Notes under the pieces: model-generated | Databases searched by the model: none | Seen by the model: the letters and a program-made list of their open reading frames with translations, nothing else | What the model was told of the DNA's origin: nothing | NCBI GenBank assembly: GCA_965285935.1 | Contig: OZ260666.1 | Span: 41,540,001-41,604,000, forward strand | DNA from: Ophelia neglecta | Taxonomy: Eukaryota | DNA: 64,000 nucleotides | Direction: 5' to 3' | Translations under genes and position numbers: made by a program | In this document: piece after piece, positions 39,351 to 53,353 of the stretch | Layout: the number at the start of each line of letters is the position of its first letter | Position numbering within the stretch: position 1 is the stretch's first letter

Positions 39351-40462
39351 AAGTGGTTACCAGCTTTACTTCATAAGGCGTATTATTGTATGGAACAAAT
39401 CGTTTTCTTTTCGACTCGTTCCTGCTTGCAACTGTCATCGGCTGGGGGGACGAACTCGTATTGTACAGCCTGCCTGGAAAATATGTTGGATTCATTTGAA
39501 AGTAATAAGTTATTAATAAACTAAACATCATATTTCAATAACCTATCTCAATTAGATCATTGTTCTTCTTATCGTTCTCTTCTCCTTCTGACAAACGAAA
39601 TTGACCTATTATTATTATTGGACTGCGAACAATGAGTGCTCGACCTAGTTGCAAGAGGTCCAGGCTGATGGGGCTATAAGTCACTGGCATGTTGACATAG
39701 ATTGAGCGCGTGTCGGCCAATTTGCCAAGTCTCCCAGTAGAAAACCAGTCCTTTATAGGCAACTCGCCTGGGAGTTGGCTCACCCATAGAGGAGGAATGA
39801 CTAATTTCAAGACAATACTCCACTCAGGTTAGCTCTATCGCCAGCTAATTAAGTTTGGCACCTTTATGTCATCCATCCAGTTCTCCTGACCGTTACCATT
39901 TATCATCACAGTCTTCTAAAATGGCGGACAGGATACTGATAGCGTCTGCTAAAGGCTGTTTTTGTCTCACCTTATCATTCGTCTGCCAAGAAGAAAATGG
40001 CAGAAATATTCACAATGAGAATGCACTTCATTTGTTCATCGGTTCCAAACATCTGTTTTTACTGGTTTGTTTCTCCACTATTCGGTTAAATGGTTATGGA
40101 AATATTCCATGTTTTACCATTTTGCTTGAAACCATATTAATCCTGATTTCTAGGCGATTGCTTAGCTGATATAAGAAGGTGTCCGGGGTGGATCAAGGGA
40201 GCACGCACTTAGTCAGTGTCTAAGGAGCTAATTTGAGGTCATCTTAGTTTAATCTTGACTGGACTTACTATTATTAATGTTAAATGAAAATTTCTTTTAT
40301 ATCAAACTACCTTTGATGTATAGGTTATCGTTGCCGGTTTAACAAGATTTCTCTAGCGTCAGTGTCTTGTAGAAAAACAGCTAACTTCCAATTCTGGTGC
40401 CACTAGCAGTCACCAGATGGTCTCTCAATTGATAATGGTCATCAGTCATCTTCGGGGATTCA

Positions 40463-40614
40463 CCCCCATTACCCTCAGACCCACCGCCCCCACCCCACAA
40501 CCCCCGCCTTCTCCATCCCACCATCCCCACCCTCTCCAACACCTCCCAAACATCCTCACCTTCACCGCCCCCACCCCCATCCTCCTCCCGGGCTCACGCC
40601 CACCCTTCCCCACC
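40463..40614 (+). repeat. C-rich low-complexity tract
   Basis: Many CCC/CCCC/CCCCC runs with short spacers; G-rich on the minus strand. Confidence 0.85.
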
Positions 40615-42128
40615 TGAAGCCAAACGCCAGATATTATGAATTCCCCACATTACATAAGTGTGCTAGGTGACACACGATACCGTCAACTCACGCGAGTTGC
40701 CAATCACATGAAATTCATCTCATGACGTTGTCCATTGATTCCTATTAGGATATGCCTTGTTCACATAAAGTCATATTTACAGAGAATCGCTGGCCATAGA
40801 CGACTCAGTCAATGAGTCAACGCGTGTAGCGCGATATGGTCGTGAGTCACAATAAATTTAACGTCGGCAAGCACCCACAGAGTGCCATTAACCAGAAGTG
40901 ATTCAATTGCATTTCCCAGAGACGATTTCATAACTATCGTTTTATAGCTTCAGACCTGCTCACGAGAGATTCTAATATTTCAATTCTACTTCGTTCGAGC
41001 TCTTTTGCTGTGATAGACTTGATGACATCGACGTTCTAGGCTGTCAATATTTATGATCCGACAACAAGATTGTTATGGATCGGATTGATCATGAATGGCC
41101 CACTTCATGGCTTTCTCTAATACTTCCGTGACCCCATTCGGCCAGCTAGAAATTCTGAAGTCATGTCTCCAGAAGGTATTTGGTTCAACGTCCACTAAAA
41201 AGCCATCATCGGAAGGCTTCGCAATTTTGGCTTTTATTTTTCAAGGTCTTCATGCATCTAATTAGAAATTTTATAATTTATTCTAAATGGCCAGAAACAT
41301 TAATGTGCAGCATATTATAAGCAGTAGCAGTCATTGGCTATGGGCGGTTATTGCCAGGCTTTAAGCACATTTGTAAGAAGTCTTTATCGTGTTTCTCCCG
41401 TGTATCAAATTTGGAAGCGCAATACATCCCGGGAGCATGAAACTTTTTTTCAAGATCAGCGTATAATAATTCACATGTACTATTGTATAGCAGTGCTCCC
41501 ACTTTAGGCTTGGGTTATTTTTACTTCTTGACGTGACACTACCCATTTCCGACCATAGTTTCGAGTGTCCATTTGTCGTGTGGTTTAAAGATTCGCTTTT
41601 GTGCCACTTCCGCCTGACAGCAGCATCAAAACATATTTTGTTCTCTTTGACAGATCATGAAAAAGTAAGAATAGTTGTCCAAACCCGATTTAGCTGATCA
41701 ATAGGAATCCATTTGGGTGTCCGTTAAAGGGGAGGAGGCGCTCCCATTATGCGGTCAAGCGGCAGGAATGCTTGACGACACTTTATGTCGTTTAGCTTTA
41801 GATAGATCTAATGGAATCAATGACTCAATCCACTGTTACCTATTTTATATAATCATGTCGATTTTTTGGCGTTCGGGGCACAAATAAAATACTAGGCCTT
41901 ATTATATTTATGCATTCAGAGCATCTATGGATATACTCAGGGAGAAAGAATTTATAAAAATAACTTTGAAATAACTGGTTACAAAAATACAAAACACATT
42001 AAAATCTGTTTAGGTATAGTTGTAGTGGAGTAATGAAGATTGGTGCATTTTCGCGGGCAAGAATTTGAGTGAAATTCACAAAAATATCCTGCTGGCGATT
42101 ATTTCATGCGGGTTCGTAAGATTTGGCG

Positions 42129-42288
42129 ACTTAGGCTTAGTCCCTTACTTTTCCCTAGTCCCTTATTTAGGGACTAGACCTAGTGCCCTACTTAGGCCTA
42201 GTCCTTTACTTAGTAGTCCCTTACTTAGGCCTAGTCCCTTACTTAGTCCTTTACATAGGCATAGTCTCTTACTAAGTCCTAGTCCTAA
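42129..42288 (+). repeat. Degenerate ~20-bp tandem repeat (cttaggcctagtcccttact-like)
   Basis: Repeated tagtcccttactt / cttaggcc motifs, including an internal inverted pair CTAGTCCCT-tattt-AGGGACTAG. Confidence 0.85.
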
Positions 42289-45200
42289 TTTTGCCGAGGA
42301 AATCACATTCCTCGTTTTTAAAGGAATGGCTTAAAATATAACCAGTTAGAATTTTCTTGCTGGTGATCACTTCTTAGCAGAATTTGTGTTTCCTTGCTTA
42401 TACCAGATACATCCAAAGTCGTCTGGAATATGAAAACATCAAATTTCTCTTTGAACTCGTGTCCTTTAGCTCAACACTTGACGCACTATCGTTTTTGTTC
42501 CCGGATTCTGTTGCATTAAAGCATTATAATATTGACATGCTTTATAAGAGTAAGCAATTAGTAGGAATAATTTGATGGCGATCTTCACAGGCACCCCTTA
42601 GCTTTGTTCAGTTAACTAATACAACCCTGTCGATTATTTACGAGTGCTTTTTGCGTATCCCATAAAAATGCCACAAATGTCCTATTGAAGTTGGTTTAAT
42701 TATTGACTAGGTAGAACATGTCATTTACTCTTAATGTATGAGCTGTGTGTGGGCTTTTACGTGTACAAGAAATTGAGCATGCGGGTTGATATGATCCTTT
42801 TTTGGTTGGCTGTTTTCCAAGGGTATCATGTTTCATTCAGTTTAAGCCAGCGGTTGCTATAAGCCCTGATTACGCCGCGTTGCTTTTCTTTAAACTGTGT
42901 CTATATATACAAGATAATATACAAAATACATATAAACAAAATAATTTTATTATTTAGACTAATCTCTTCTGATCATAAGTAATAATAAAATTCTTGGTAA
43001 CAGGGGCACATTATGCCAAATACAATTTTACAAATGGTTTAATTGGGGAGGCTGGCAATTTGCCATAACGGAAGGGTTAAAGTGAAACGATAGGCCTACA
43101 TAAATGTAAATATTAACAACCGCTCGGATGGACGCAACTTCCGGGATACCCGGAATGTAAATTATACAAGCTTGAATTAAAGATTTTATTAGTTTGATTC
43201 ATTTACACTTTCCTGGAAATTAAGCAATAAAGGACTATTCTGTGAGCACTCACACCTCGCTTTGGCACAATCGGAAGTGTCAACATGAAATCAAAGCAAT
43301 TATTTGTTTGACCTTCTTTTTTAAAAGGACAATATATCAAACGTTTTGAGGTGTCAAATGGAAAGTGATGGGTTGAAAGATCGTCTAGGCCTATGAATAT
43401 TTGATGTAAGCCCGCGCTATGCAATGAAGTCAAGCTCACGTCGACAGATTATTGCGCGTCTCGCCACAAGTAAAATGTACCCTGTCTCTTTCAACAAGCA
43501 CTTAATGGCGGCACCTGCATCGATCTCTCTTGTTCCAGCTATCTTGACACTGAAACTCTTTTAAATTATGGAGTCAACAAATGTCACTTTGATACCTGCT
43601 TTGTTTGTGTGACTCTGTGGTCGATATGCTAGTTTCGTTTGACCCTAAAAGCAGACGACATGTGGATGCACACAACCCTGTCTTTGCTGCACACGACCCG
43701 CCATCAGATGAGTATGAGATCTGTGGGTTGGGAGTCGATGCAGACGATCACATAACACCTGAGAGATCTCACATCGATTTATTTAATGGCTGACTACACC
43801 ATTTATCAGCGTTTTTGAGAACCAAGCCTGAATTTTGACTGCGAAATTTGCATTTTGTCGCCAAACTGGGTTTATAATCTCGTTGCTCAAATGCTCATGT
43901 ACCTGTTTTGTCCATCTTAGTAATAATGCATGTAATTAAACTATTGGTGTTAATATATGCGAGCATCACTACTGTATATTTTAAATATAGCATGCAGTTA
44001 AATGGCATTTTTACAAGTTGACATTTGTGTGAAGTGTTTAATGTGTTCCCAAAGTGTGTGTCAGTATTTGATTGTGAAAATCGTTTGGGATCGACTTCAC
44101 AATCAACCCCAGTAGAAATATAATACACGTTGGAAATTGGCTTATTCACTCTGCAGAGAAGAATAACCAAAAAAAAAAGTTTGCCTTCCAGGTATAAATA
44201 TTACACCTAATATAAAGCCATTTTGTTCATACTAGTTTTTCGCGATCTGAACTTATCTGATGGTAACTCCGGTAGTGTGCGGGACTGCCTTGCTCAGTAT
44301 CCTGGGGCGGGGTGGGACACTGATGATTTAAGTGTATTATTCTGTTAGTGGGTAAATTCATTCCAGGGCCGACCTTACTAGGAGGAGAGTTAAGGTATGG
44401 AAGCTTTGATCCGATGTGCAACTTCATTTATTATTGATGCCCTCATATATCATGTCGGGGAGAGAGTGTGTGCATTACCTGGCCCATTGAGAAGAGCTGG
44501 CTAAAGTGCTCCGCTAACCCCAAATAAAACTACCAAATAAAAACACAGTGTCCAATGCTAAAAGCATACATATGTGAGTCGTGTAAAAGGCCGGCGTAAA
44601 CACCTTTTTGAATTATTAACGCCGCCTTTTTAAGCGCTTTTGAACTAATTGACTGGTGCAGCAATACCTGCAAACAAATCTGGCCTTCTTTCGAAATACA
44701 CTTTCAGCATAATATTTATATTGTTCTAAGCGGAATTGTTTATAATATTGTTACTTTATCTTGTAAGTACCATAGGCCTTATATCTTAATTATTGCTAAC
44801 AAATAAGGCCTTTTATACGATTGGAGCGGTTGTGTCATACTTTTGTCTTTATGTCCGTCGAATATTTATGAAGTAATTAAAATATGGAGGCTTTTAGTGC
44901 TTAATATTTGTGTTGTAAATTACTCTATATATATTTATCTTCATTAATATCATTGACCCTTTTTTATTCAGTTTACAATGAAAAGAAATAAAGTAAAAAA
45001 AACAAATGAAATAACCCCTATTATTCATTATGATTGTCTCTTCAGAAGCACTTCCGGCCACTACATAAGTGACAAAAAATCATAGAAATGCCAACAACAC
45101 TATCAACATTAATATTGCGACCATTGTGAAACTTGTGAAGGAAGAGGTTGAGGTTTATGAGATTATACGATGATATGATCGCTTATTTCGATCCGATTGA

Positions 45201-48200
45201 TAAATTATGAACTCTTTAATTTCAATAGAGTCAATATTAACAACACAATTAAAATAGTACAACGTTAATCTGCATGAATCTTGGCACATCCTGAAAGATA
45301 TAACCTTTTATAATATTGAAATCGTCCATTTTGATATGGGGGCAGCATAGGGTTTTGTGATTGTTTTTAATAAATATATAAATATGAATTTCAGATGCAA
45401 CTATAAAATTGCAAAAGTTACACAGTTTAGCCAATTCCATGGAAAATACGAAAAATACCATTTTTTTAATGGACGTCATCACCATTTGTTTAATGGACAT
45501 GTTATTTATATGACATGGAAATTCCTAATGATAATAAATACGTCCACAAAAATAATATGAATCCTTGTGGATGTAAACATTTACATCACCTAATAGTGTG
45601 CTAAGGTGGTTGATAGAGATATTAACAATAAATGTCCGGATGATGTGTTTTCCGTATGCGAAGTATGTTGATTTCACAAAGTTTAATTTCCACCTTGGCA
45701 CAAATATGATCGAGTTCTAAACACGTACGGAATGTGAAGTTTTCTCTATGACCCCGACAATAAACAAACTGAGACTGTTAATGACGTCCAATTATCTGGC
45801 TACGGTGGGATACATATAGGCAAAGAAATTACATTACTATCATTTGTAGTGAGGCAGCACGAAATAAAATCATTTCCGTCAAAATGAATAAGGCTGAAAG
45901 CAATTATAATGCCATGCTGAAAAAGGGTGGTATTGTAAAATATGCTACTGGTAAATGAAATAATTCCATCTTTTCTTCTCTGAAATGGGTTCTACTTACA
46001 TGTATGTATGTCTTAGTGTATTATCATAGTATGAGGCCTGAAGATGCCAATTACTCTTTCTCATTCTAAGAAGACATACGATATCTTAAAGAATAAAGTT
46101 TCGGACAGACAAACCATCATGGGAATATTAATATTCATTTGAATGTAACTTACTTGACATTTAACATATTAATTGATGTAGACGCACTATTATCTACTTT
46201 ATAAAAATTAGTGTTTCTCCAAGGGGATGCAATGAAATAAATTGGATTAAACAAGAACAGATGTGCAAGCTATGGGTGTGGCAGAACGTCGGGAACGCGC
46301 AGTTCATATTTTATTGCGTGCATCGTTTTCCTTTGGCCGCCATAACTCATCTTTTCTTGTCGTTATATTTTAATCATACAAATTCTAAAGAAATACATTA
46401 CTTAGCAGGATAATGTTATAACGTTGACTCCCTTGATGAATATTATGACCATAAGTGTAAGAATCTTTTGCAGTTCAAATGGCGAGGTGGAATATGGTTC
46501 TATTTTCTGGAAGCTGGATCAGTGGTCACATTAACTAAAATTGATTTCGCGTTATAATTTGATTTCGGCGAGATGGCGCCACCGTCCTGTATCACCAAAG
46601 CTTTAATGTGTTTGACTTTCTCTGTTCTGGCAGTCGAATCAAGCCAAGTTTGCCTTTTTCAGGGTTTCCAACCGCAGGTTGTATGATTGAGTAACGATGC
46701 GTGCTCAGGGTGACTCAACGAGTCATAAACGCCAATGGTTTGACTATTTTAGCCTCGTTTAATACGGTTTCGATAGCCAGGGGTAACGTATGGTAAATTA
46801 TCTCATTATTGACTGACGAACAGGGCTCAATAGCCTCAAAGCTTTGATTACACCATGTGACAGTGTACAGGTTAATGCAGTGTACTGGCCTCATGTAAAC
46901 ATTGTTGACAGTGATCAAAGCCTCCCAGCCACATCACTATGAAACCCGCCGAGTCAGCATCGATTTCGGATACATCGACATGTTTATTGTCACGCCAGCA
47001 GCGATTCCCGCTCCAGCTTTTGTTGGCTATGTTTGCTGACAATTTGTTGCTGTTTCTGATGTGGTTTTGAGTCTGCCATGTAAAGTAAATGCGTTTTGCC
47101 AAATACATTTCAATCAATCATCCTGGGTCCTTTAATATGAGTGACCCGGATGAGCGAATAACGAGACAATGCCCAGTCTGTTCAAGTCATTTCATGGAGG
47201 AATAAAATAAAAATATATAATTTAATGGTCCCAAATGAGCGACTTTTTTTATCTAAGAAAGAATTTTTTTTAGGGTTCGTGGGTTCCCTTAGAAACATCT
47301 CACGCTAGGAGGAGCAGATTTCATTTGCGATAAATCTCGAGTTGTATCTCCCTCACACTGGTACTGTTGCACCGTTTGGTCGGCCGTGCGACACGAATGA
47401 TTTTCCCTGTTGCTGGCATGACATTTTATCGGGGGCAGGTCGAACAACATGTAACAAAGAACTAGTTAAACAGTGTTGAAGCCAAAAAGCTTTGCCGGTC
47501 GATGTCGGGGATAGATTGCCCCAGGTATGTTGAAACCGGCACGTTTGACAGTAACTTTATTAAACGCGCTAATGTGATAGGCTATGGTGTATGGTGGGCT
47601 GATGTTGATTGGATTTGAGCGTGGGAGCTGTAGCCAATAGTTTGGCATTCCCCTGCGAAATATCAATAAAATTTAGGGACGGAAGCAGAAGCTCAGAAGA
47701 ATGGGTACATGGAGACAGTAGAGTATACGTTCAGGGGCAGCTCCCTGGCACCCTTGCCATGCACATTAAATCCGTCCCAGAAATGTACAAACAAGTGGGC
47801 GGCCATGGTCGACTCAGTTGTCCTTTATGTCTTCAGTATTAGGAGGTTTGCTCAATTTGGCCTTCGGTGTATATAAACCAAAATGGCTCCCAGCCCTCTT
47901 CCCGATTAACTTTGTAGGAGTATACTTTTTATAATACAAGTTATTTGTAAATAAGGGATACCGCGCCGTTTTTGGATCAAACCATATTTTTAGACTTATA
48001 AACATGAGGGAACATTTGTGTGCCCATGTGTACATAGTCACTTCACATCAGTTCAGTCAGCCCGTTGTGTATCTGCGGAAAATAGGGCATGAATATTAAT
48101 ATTAAATCAAATATCTCAATATGCCCCAATGTGGGGCACATTACGAAAGTCCCTGGGCCCTGAGTGACAGTATTTACGAACAAATAAATCCGTTGGTGTT

Positions 48201-50199
48201 TTTGATATTATTTTGTTTGTTTAAATGGTCCTTTTGTTGCCAGTAATATTATTTGACCTGCCCCCCGGACGATGTCTTGCCAGCCACATGGGGAAATGAT
48301 AGGATGTTGTGAATGGCTTAAATATATTTCTTCTCCCAAAATACCCCGATCTCCATCCCTTATTTACAGAATCTTGCATTACGCAATGACACCTATATGA
48401 GCTCTAAAATAAATCGTGAACAGAACGGGGAGAACGCTGTTTTATGTAGATTGTGGAACCAATGAAGCAAACCCCTAATACAACAATGTAAATATTCCCG
48501 GCCACTTGTTTAATAATTCCAATATCTGAAATGATGCTCTGAAATGATGCCACAGTTGACATTCCAAAGAAGAATTATATGGCCATATATTGTAGTGTCG
48601 AGAATTCACCCATTTGTTGCAGAAACTTGGACTAGATATGACTTCAAAAATTTAAGCAAATGCTACAATAACAACCTCAAAAGAAGATGGTCATCTTTGG
48701 GGTTTTATTTAGAATTTGTGGCCATTTCATAAATATTAAATTGTATTAAAATAGTCAAACTTGAACTTGGAGTATTGAACTTGTTCACAGTCTAACTGAA
48801 TATTGTCCCGAAGAGCACCGAGTCCCAGTGCTTCCAAGATGTCAACGTGTCCTTATGAGAAAAACAAAACAAAATATGCTCTGAAAGATGGATTTGAAGT
48901 TAAAAGTAAATATTGATATATTTCAATATAACTTGATAACACTGGATATTGCATAGTTATAGGCTATTATGAAATAGAACTCTCGATAAAGCTTGCTTAA
49001 TCACTACTTGGCGGAAGAAAAAGACATATTTGCCTCCATCGTCTTCCTTGCCACTCGTTTTTGTATATAGACTTCCTGTTTGAAAGGTACGCTTTCCCTA
49101 CTCATAAATCGATGACACCATCAAAGTCAGGGGTTATTGGACCGAAGCCATATAGTAGGGTAAACCAATGAACACCTTTGCTACAAATTACCCCGGTGTC
49201 TTCTCATGTGGATTGCTCATTTTGTATCCAAACCCAGTCTATAAGCCTAGAGACATTTTTGTCAGGTTTTAATTTCCTTCAAACTATCATTATGGAATTC
49301 TTCGGTCGGCAATGCATATCCTCGGGCATATGCGCCTTAAACTTCATTATTATATATTACGTTTACTCATTATATATATATTTGTATATTGCCTGCTATT
49401 GACAGGAAATATATTGCTAGACTGGATGGTACACCTTATGGGATCAGCCAAGGAATATAAACCCCCTCTTTGATGCTGATTAGTTTGCTAATTAGTGCCT
49501 TTTTAAGTCCGAAATGGATGTTGTTCCATTCTACCGCATGGTTCTATTCCTCAAAAAGAAAATGATATCATAAATATGTACCGTAAGAGATTGATCGGGG
49601 CTATAAATAATCTTTAGATTCTCATATGCCCTCCCAGATATCTGTCACCTGAAACCAAAGGTATCACAACTACAAAAGGTAGTGTTCAATGCAGATGCAA
49701 TGATAGACCGCGTCTAGGTTTACAGAGAACTGCTGAAAATTACCATCCGAAAAAGTCACAGCAGGAAATAGATCAGGAACCGCAAAGCCAGTGATATGGA
49801 ATAATCATCTCGGAAGGATTTGTAAGTCGGGAGAGCATGGGGTAGGGCCCAAACGACCAGGTGGCTGAGCGCCCGGATCAATAGGAGTTGAGCAGATTAC
49901 CGTCTTTTATCTCCCCGCCGCACCTGATCGGGGACTAGGTATGCAGGCTAATTAAAGAAGCTGATTATATTACCGCCCATTGTTGCCCGACCAGCAGCTA
50001 TGTTTACGTAAAAACCATTGATATAAAAATGCTGATTCCTAGGCAGGTAAACGTGTAGCCATCAGTGCTGTATACTCTGCATGGCAAGATGTCTATCGAT
50101 GAGAATGTACCTCGAGGTACAGTGACAATAGCTAGCTGGCGTATCGGAAAAAATCATCTGTTTCGTGATTATAAACGAGCTCTAGGTCTAATTAACATT

Positions 50200-50930
50200 T
50201 AAACGTCTGAAAGCTGCAATTGTCCAAATGATAAAAAGCCTGTAATTTTCCGAAAGCAACCATTAATGACAAGCTGAATGGCACGCAGGTATAAAGCTAC
50301 GTTACATTCATGTGTATCGATCAGTCCCAACTCAAATATTATACTTTTTGTTCTACTAGAAAATGTAGGAGGTACACGGTGAATGCAACAATCTACTGGG
50401 CTTTGCCTGGAACCCAATTTCCTTCTTCCTGCTATGGACGTTTATAAACTATCTTTGTTCGCACAAAGTGCCTTCTTTACCAGCGTTTATGAATATTAGT
50501 ATGTAACCAGATTATCCAGGCAATTGTGTGATCCAAATGTCAAACGCATTTGCGATATTAACAAGTTTATTCTATATTAAACGTTTATAGCTCACGAATC
50601 GCGCTTCCGCCAGGGAATGGCTAAATGGGTCGACATTTATCTGTGATGTTTTGCACTTATACACCCCGATCACCAGAAAGTACATTCCATTAGAGAACTT
50701 CCTCGGTAGAGGTGAAAGAATGCTTCGCCAGGCGACCATCTACTACAAACATTCTCTAATATCCTCCAAGCTTCCAAGCTTCCTCTCCGTTCTTTTACCT
50801 TTGATAACGTACGATCCTTCCAAGGTGGAAAACACACCGGTAAGAGGGTGTATTAGTGTATCAAAATCCGAGACTTCTAAGGAAGTATTGTCATCACTTA
50901 TGTTGATAAATGCATTTGAATAATGATTCA
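50200..50930 (-). mobile_element. Decayed LINE RT-like remnant
   Basis: Minus strand, in the expected order: DKCRPI (cf. DLRPIS), LVNIANAFD (cf. LVDFSKAFD), WVPGK (cf. GVPQG). Many stops. Confidence 0.4.
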
Positions 50931-53061
50931 CAGTGGCATTTTTTCAACTCATCATTCGCACAACAAATGATTCTAAATAGTAAATAAAACCCTTCAATCA
51001 GATATAAACGTATAAAGCAATTGAAAGAGATGAAAGCGTTTGTTGAATTTAAAGAACATAATTGTAATACCTACTATTTTTTGGAACTTGTACATGATTA
51101 TGGCGCTCTAATAGCTCCAAGGCCAGGTGAACTATGACGGCTTCAGCCCGGGACAGGTGGCTCAAAAGGCAAAGTTCACCTATGCCCATCAATTGTCGGG
51201 CTTAAATTAGATTTTTTCCCATCATGGCATATGTAATACTCAAGGGAGTTGTCTTATTGTTTCTGAAAAGGGCAATAGTGTATTACTGCATGAATGAATT
51301 GCTATCGCTTATCTTCTATCATAATGTGGGAAAGGCCTTAGGACTACAAGTACCATAAAAGAGACAATTGAAGCAATAATTTATGAATAAGTAACACGCT
51401 TTTTTATAAAAAGGTGTGCGTCGACGTTGATTCATATAATGTAAGGCGGCACAGAAATGATGAATTTAACCTTTTTACGATGATCAGCGTCCAAGATAGA
51501 ATGTTCAAAGTGTATAAGAACAACCCAAGAAAAAGTATTATTTGTAAAAAATCAAAAATCTTCTACTGCGTGAATCGTACAGGAATAGTCTGTAATGACA
51601 TGATTTGATTTTATGTTTAATGGAAGATTTGAATGGTTAAATTCCTCATACAATACAACCAAGTTAGAGTGCTGTGTGGGAGTATACAAAGATTAAGAAG
51701 TTATATTTAGAGAAGAGGATCGGATCAATACAAAGCCAGGCCTCCAGCGATACCCTCCTCCTACTCGCCCATTGTCTCTGCTTCGATCCAGATCACATTT
51801 AATTGTGTTGACATGGTCGGTGAACGTGACAGATTGTTAGAATTTGTATTGGTCGCGTGTTTCTTCTCTTTGATTAAATGTAGTTTATCTTATCATAACT
51901 TCTTGTCCCGTTGCAAGAAAACTTTTTCTTTGAGAGCCTAATGGAATCCACGGGCGTGGGTTTGTCCTTCCGGTCTGCTCCTCTACGCGCGGCCATCAAG
52001 TCATTATGAGTGATAACTCCTGTTAGGATCTTTAAGGCCCACGTGTGTTATTTAATCAAACAGCTTTCATCTTAAAAAAATCGTCTGCTAGACTGCTACA
52101 ACCATTCCTCTTCTTTAAGTCCGACCAATGACCTTGTTGATATGTTGCCAATGTAACTCAGTTTCCCGATATTCTCACACGATATGTTTTGTATTAGACA
52201 TATATCAATCTTAGGACACACATCTTCGATGTCATATACTAGCTTTTGTTGAACAGCATACTGGTCTTAATAATTGTTTAATGTCTTCAGATTTGTTACC
52301 ATGACGCCCCATGTCGCCCTTAATCACATGTAATTATTTTTCCTGGATACAAGCAGTTTCGTTATTCTGTAGTGACGGTATAGTAGTTTCGTAGAGTTCC
52401 AAGAGAGAAAAGATTCAATTGGTCAACTGATAGAACTGTAGATATAAACGAATTAGCCCATATAGTAATGTGCCCACTGAGTGTTGAGTTGTTTCTCATA
52501 AATTCGTACAGATGCGGCCATTGTTTTAGGAAGAGTGGTGCCTCTTCCCTTGTACGAATTATTATCACAGAAACATTTTTGTTTGGAATTTGTGAATCAA
52601 CTACGTTCAGTCAAACTTTAAAGGGCAACGATGGACACGTAAATCATATTGTTTGATAAGTATTCTCTTTTCTAACGCGTTTGCTCAGTTTTAGGGCAGG
52701 TTGTCATGGAAACCATCGTTTGGCCATTCAAAACTACACAATAACCAGACGGTATTATCTGAATCATAAAACACACTTTATGTATATTTGGATCAATAGT
52801 CCAAATGTTGCCCATATGAAGACATTTATAGATCTAACGATACAGTCCTCAAATTTCATTGTATTAATAATTTTGTTATGTTGGCCATTTATCTGATCTG
52901 GGTTTAGAAAAAAACTGTTTTGAAATTAACCATGCTCTGATTAGGGATCTTTCCAATGGGTAATGAGCCCATAATGGTTAATTTCCATTAATGTTTCATT
53001 TAATCTTATTTATTGGAAACTGGTTGTGAAAGAAGTTGAAATTTCATTTAAAGAACTTCCC

Positions 53062-53353
53062 TGAAGCGTGGCCGAGTGGTCTTGTCCGCCTCGCAAGTGG
53101 GAGATCGGGGTTCGCTTCTCGATCGCGTCAAACCTAAGAGGTAAAAATAGCTCCCCTGCCAGGCGCCCGGTATTTCAGGACTGGTTAACCCGGTGTCAAT
53201 ATAATGTGACTGGGTGGGGTTCCCTGTCTGGTGTCTACGGCAGTGAGGCAGCACTATAAAGAGGGCACTGGGCCCACTGTCACAAGTAGGCACTGTGGCG
53301 ATATGACCGATAAGTGTTGAAAGCCACGAAAAACCCCAAACAACAACAACAAC
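53062..53353 (+). mobile_element. tRNA-derived SINE (about 290 bp) with a central domain resembling V-domain SINEs
   Basis: Pol III box A TGGCCGAGTGG (53069-53079), box B-like GGTTCGCTTCT (~53109), body GACTGGTT..CCCGGTGTCAATATAATGTGACTGGGTGG...CAGTGAGGCAGCACTATAAA, and a (CAA)n tail. Possible short TSD CCTGAA at 53060 and 53353. Family assignment is from recalled resemblance only. Confidence 0.85.

Noticed and set aside
41654-41664. Micro-exon candidate ctttgacag|ATCATGAAAAA|gtaaga
   Set aside because: 11 nt is not frame-preserving in a phase-0 intron, the donor is weak, and there is no other support.
53062-53135. tRNA gene
   Set aside because: No complete cloverleaf; the sequence continues into a SINE body and tail.
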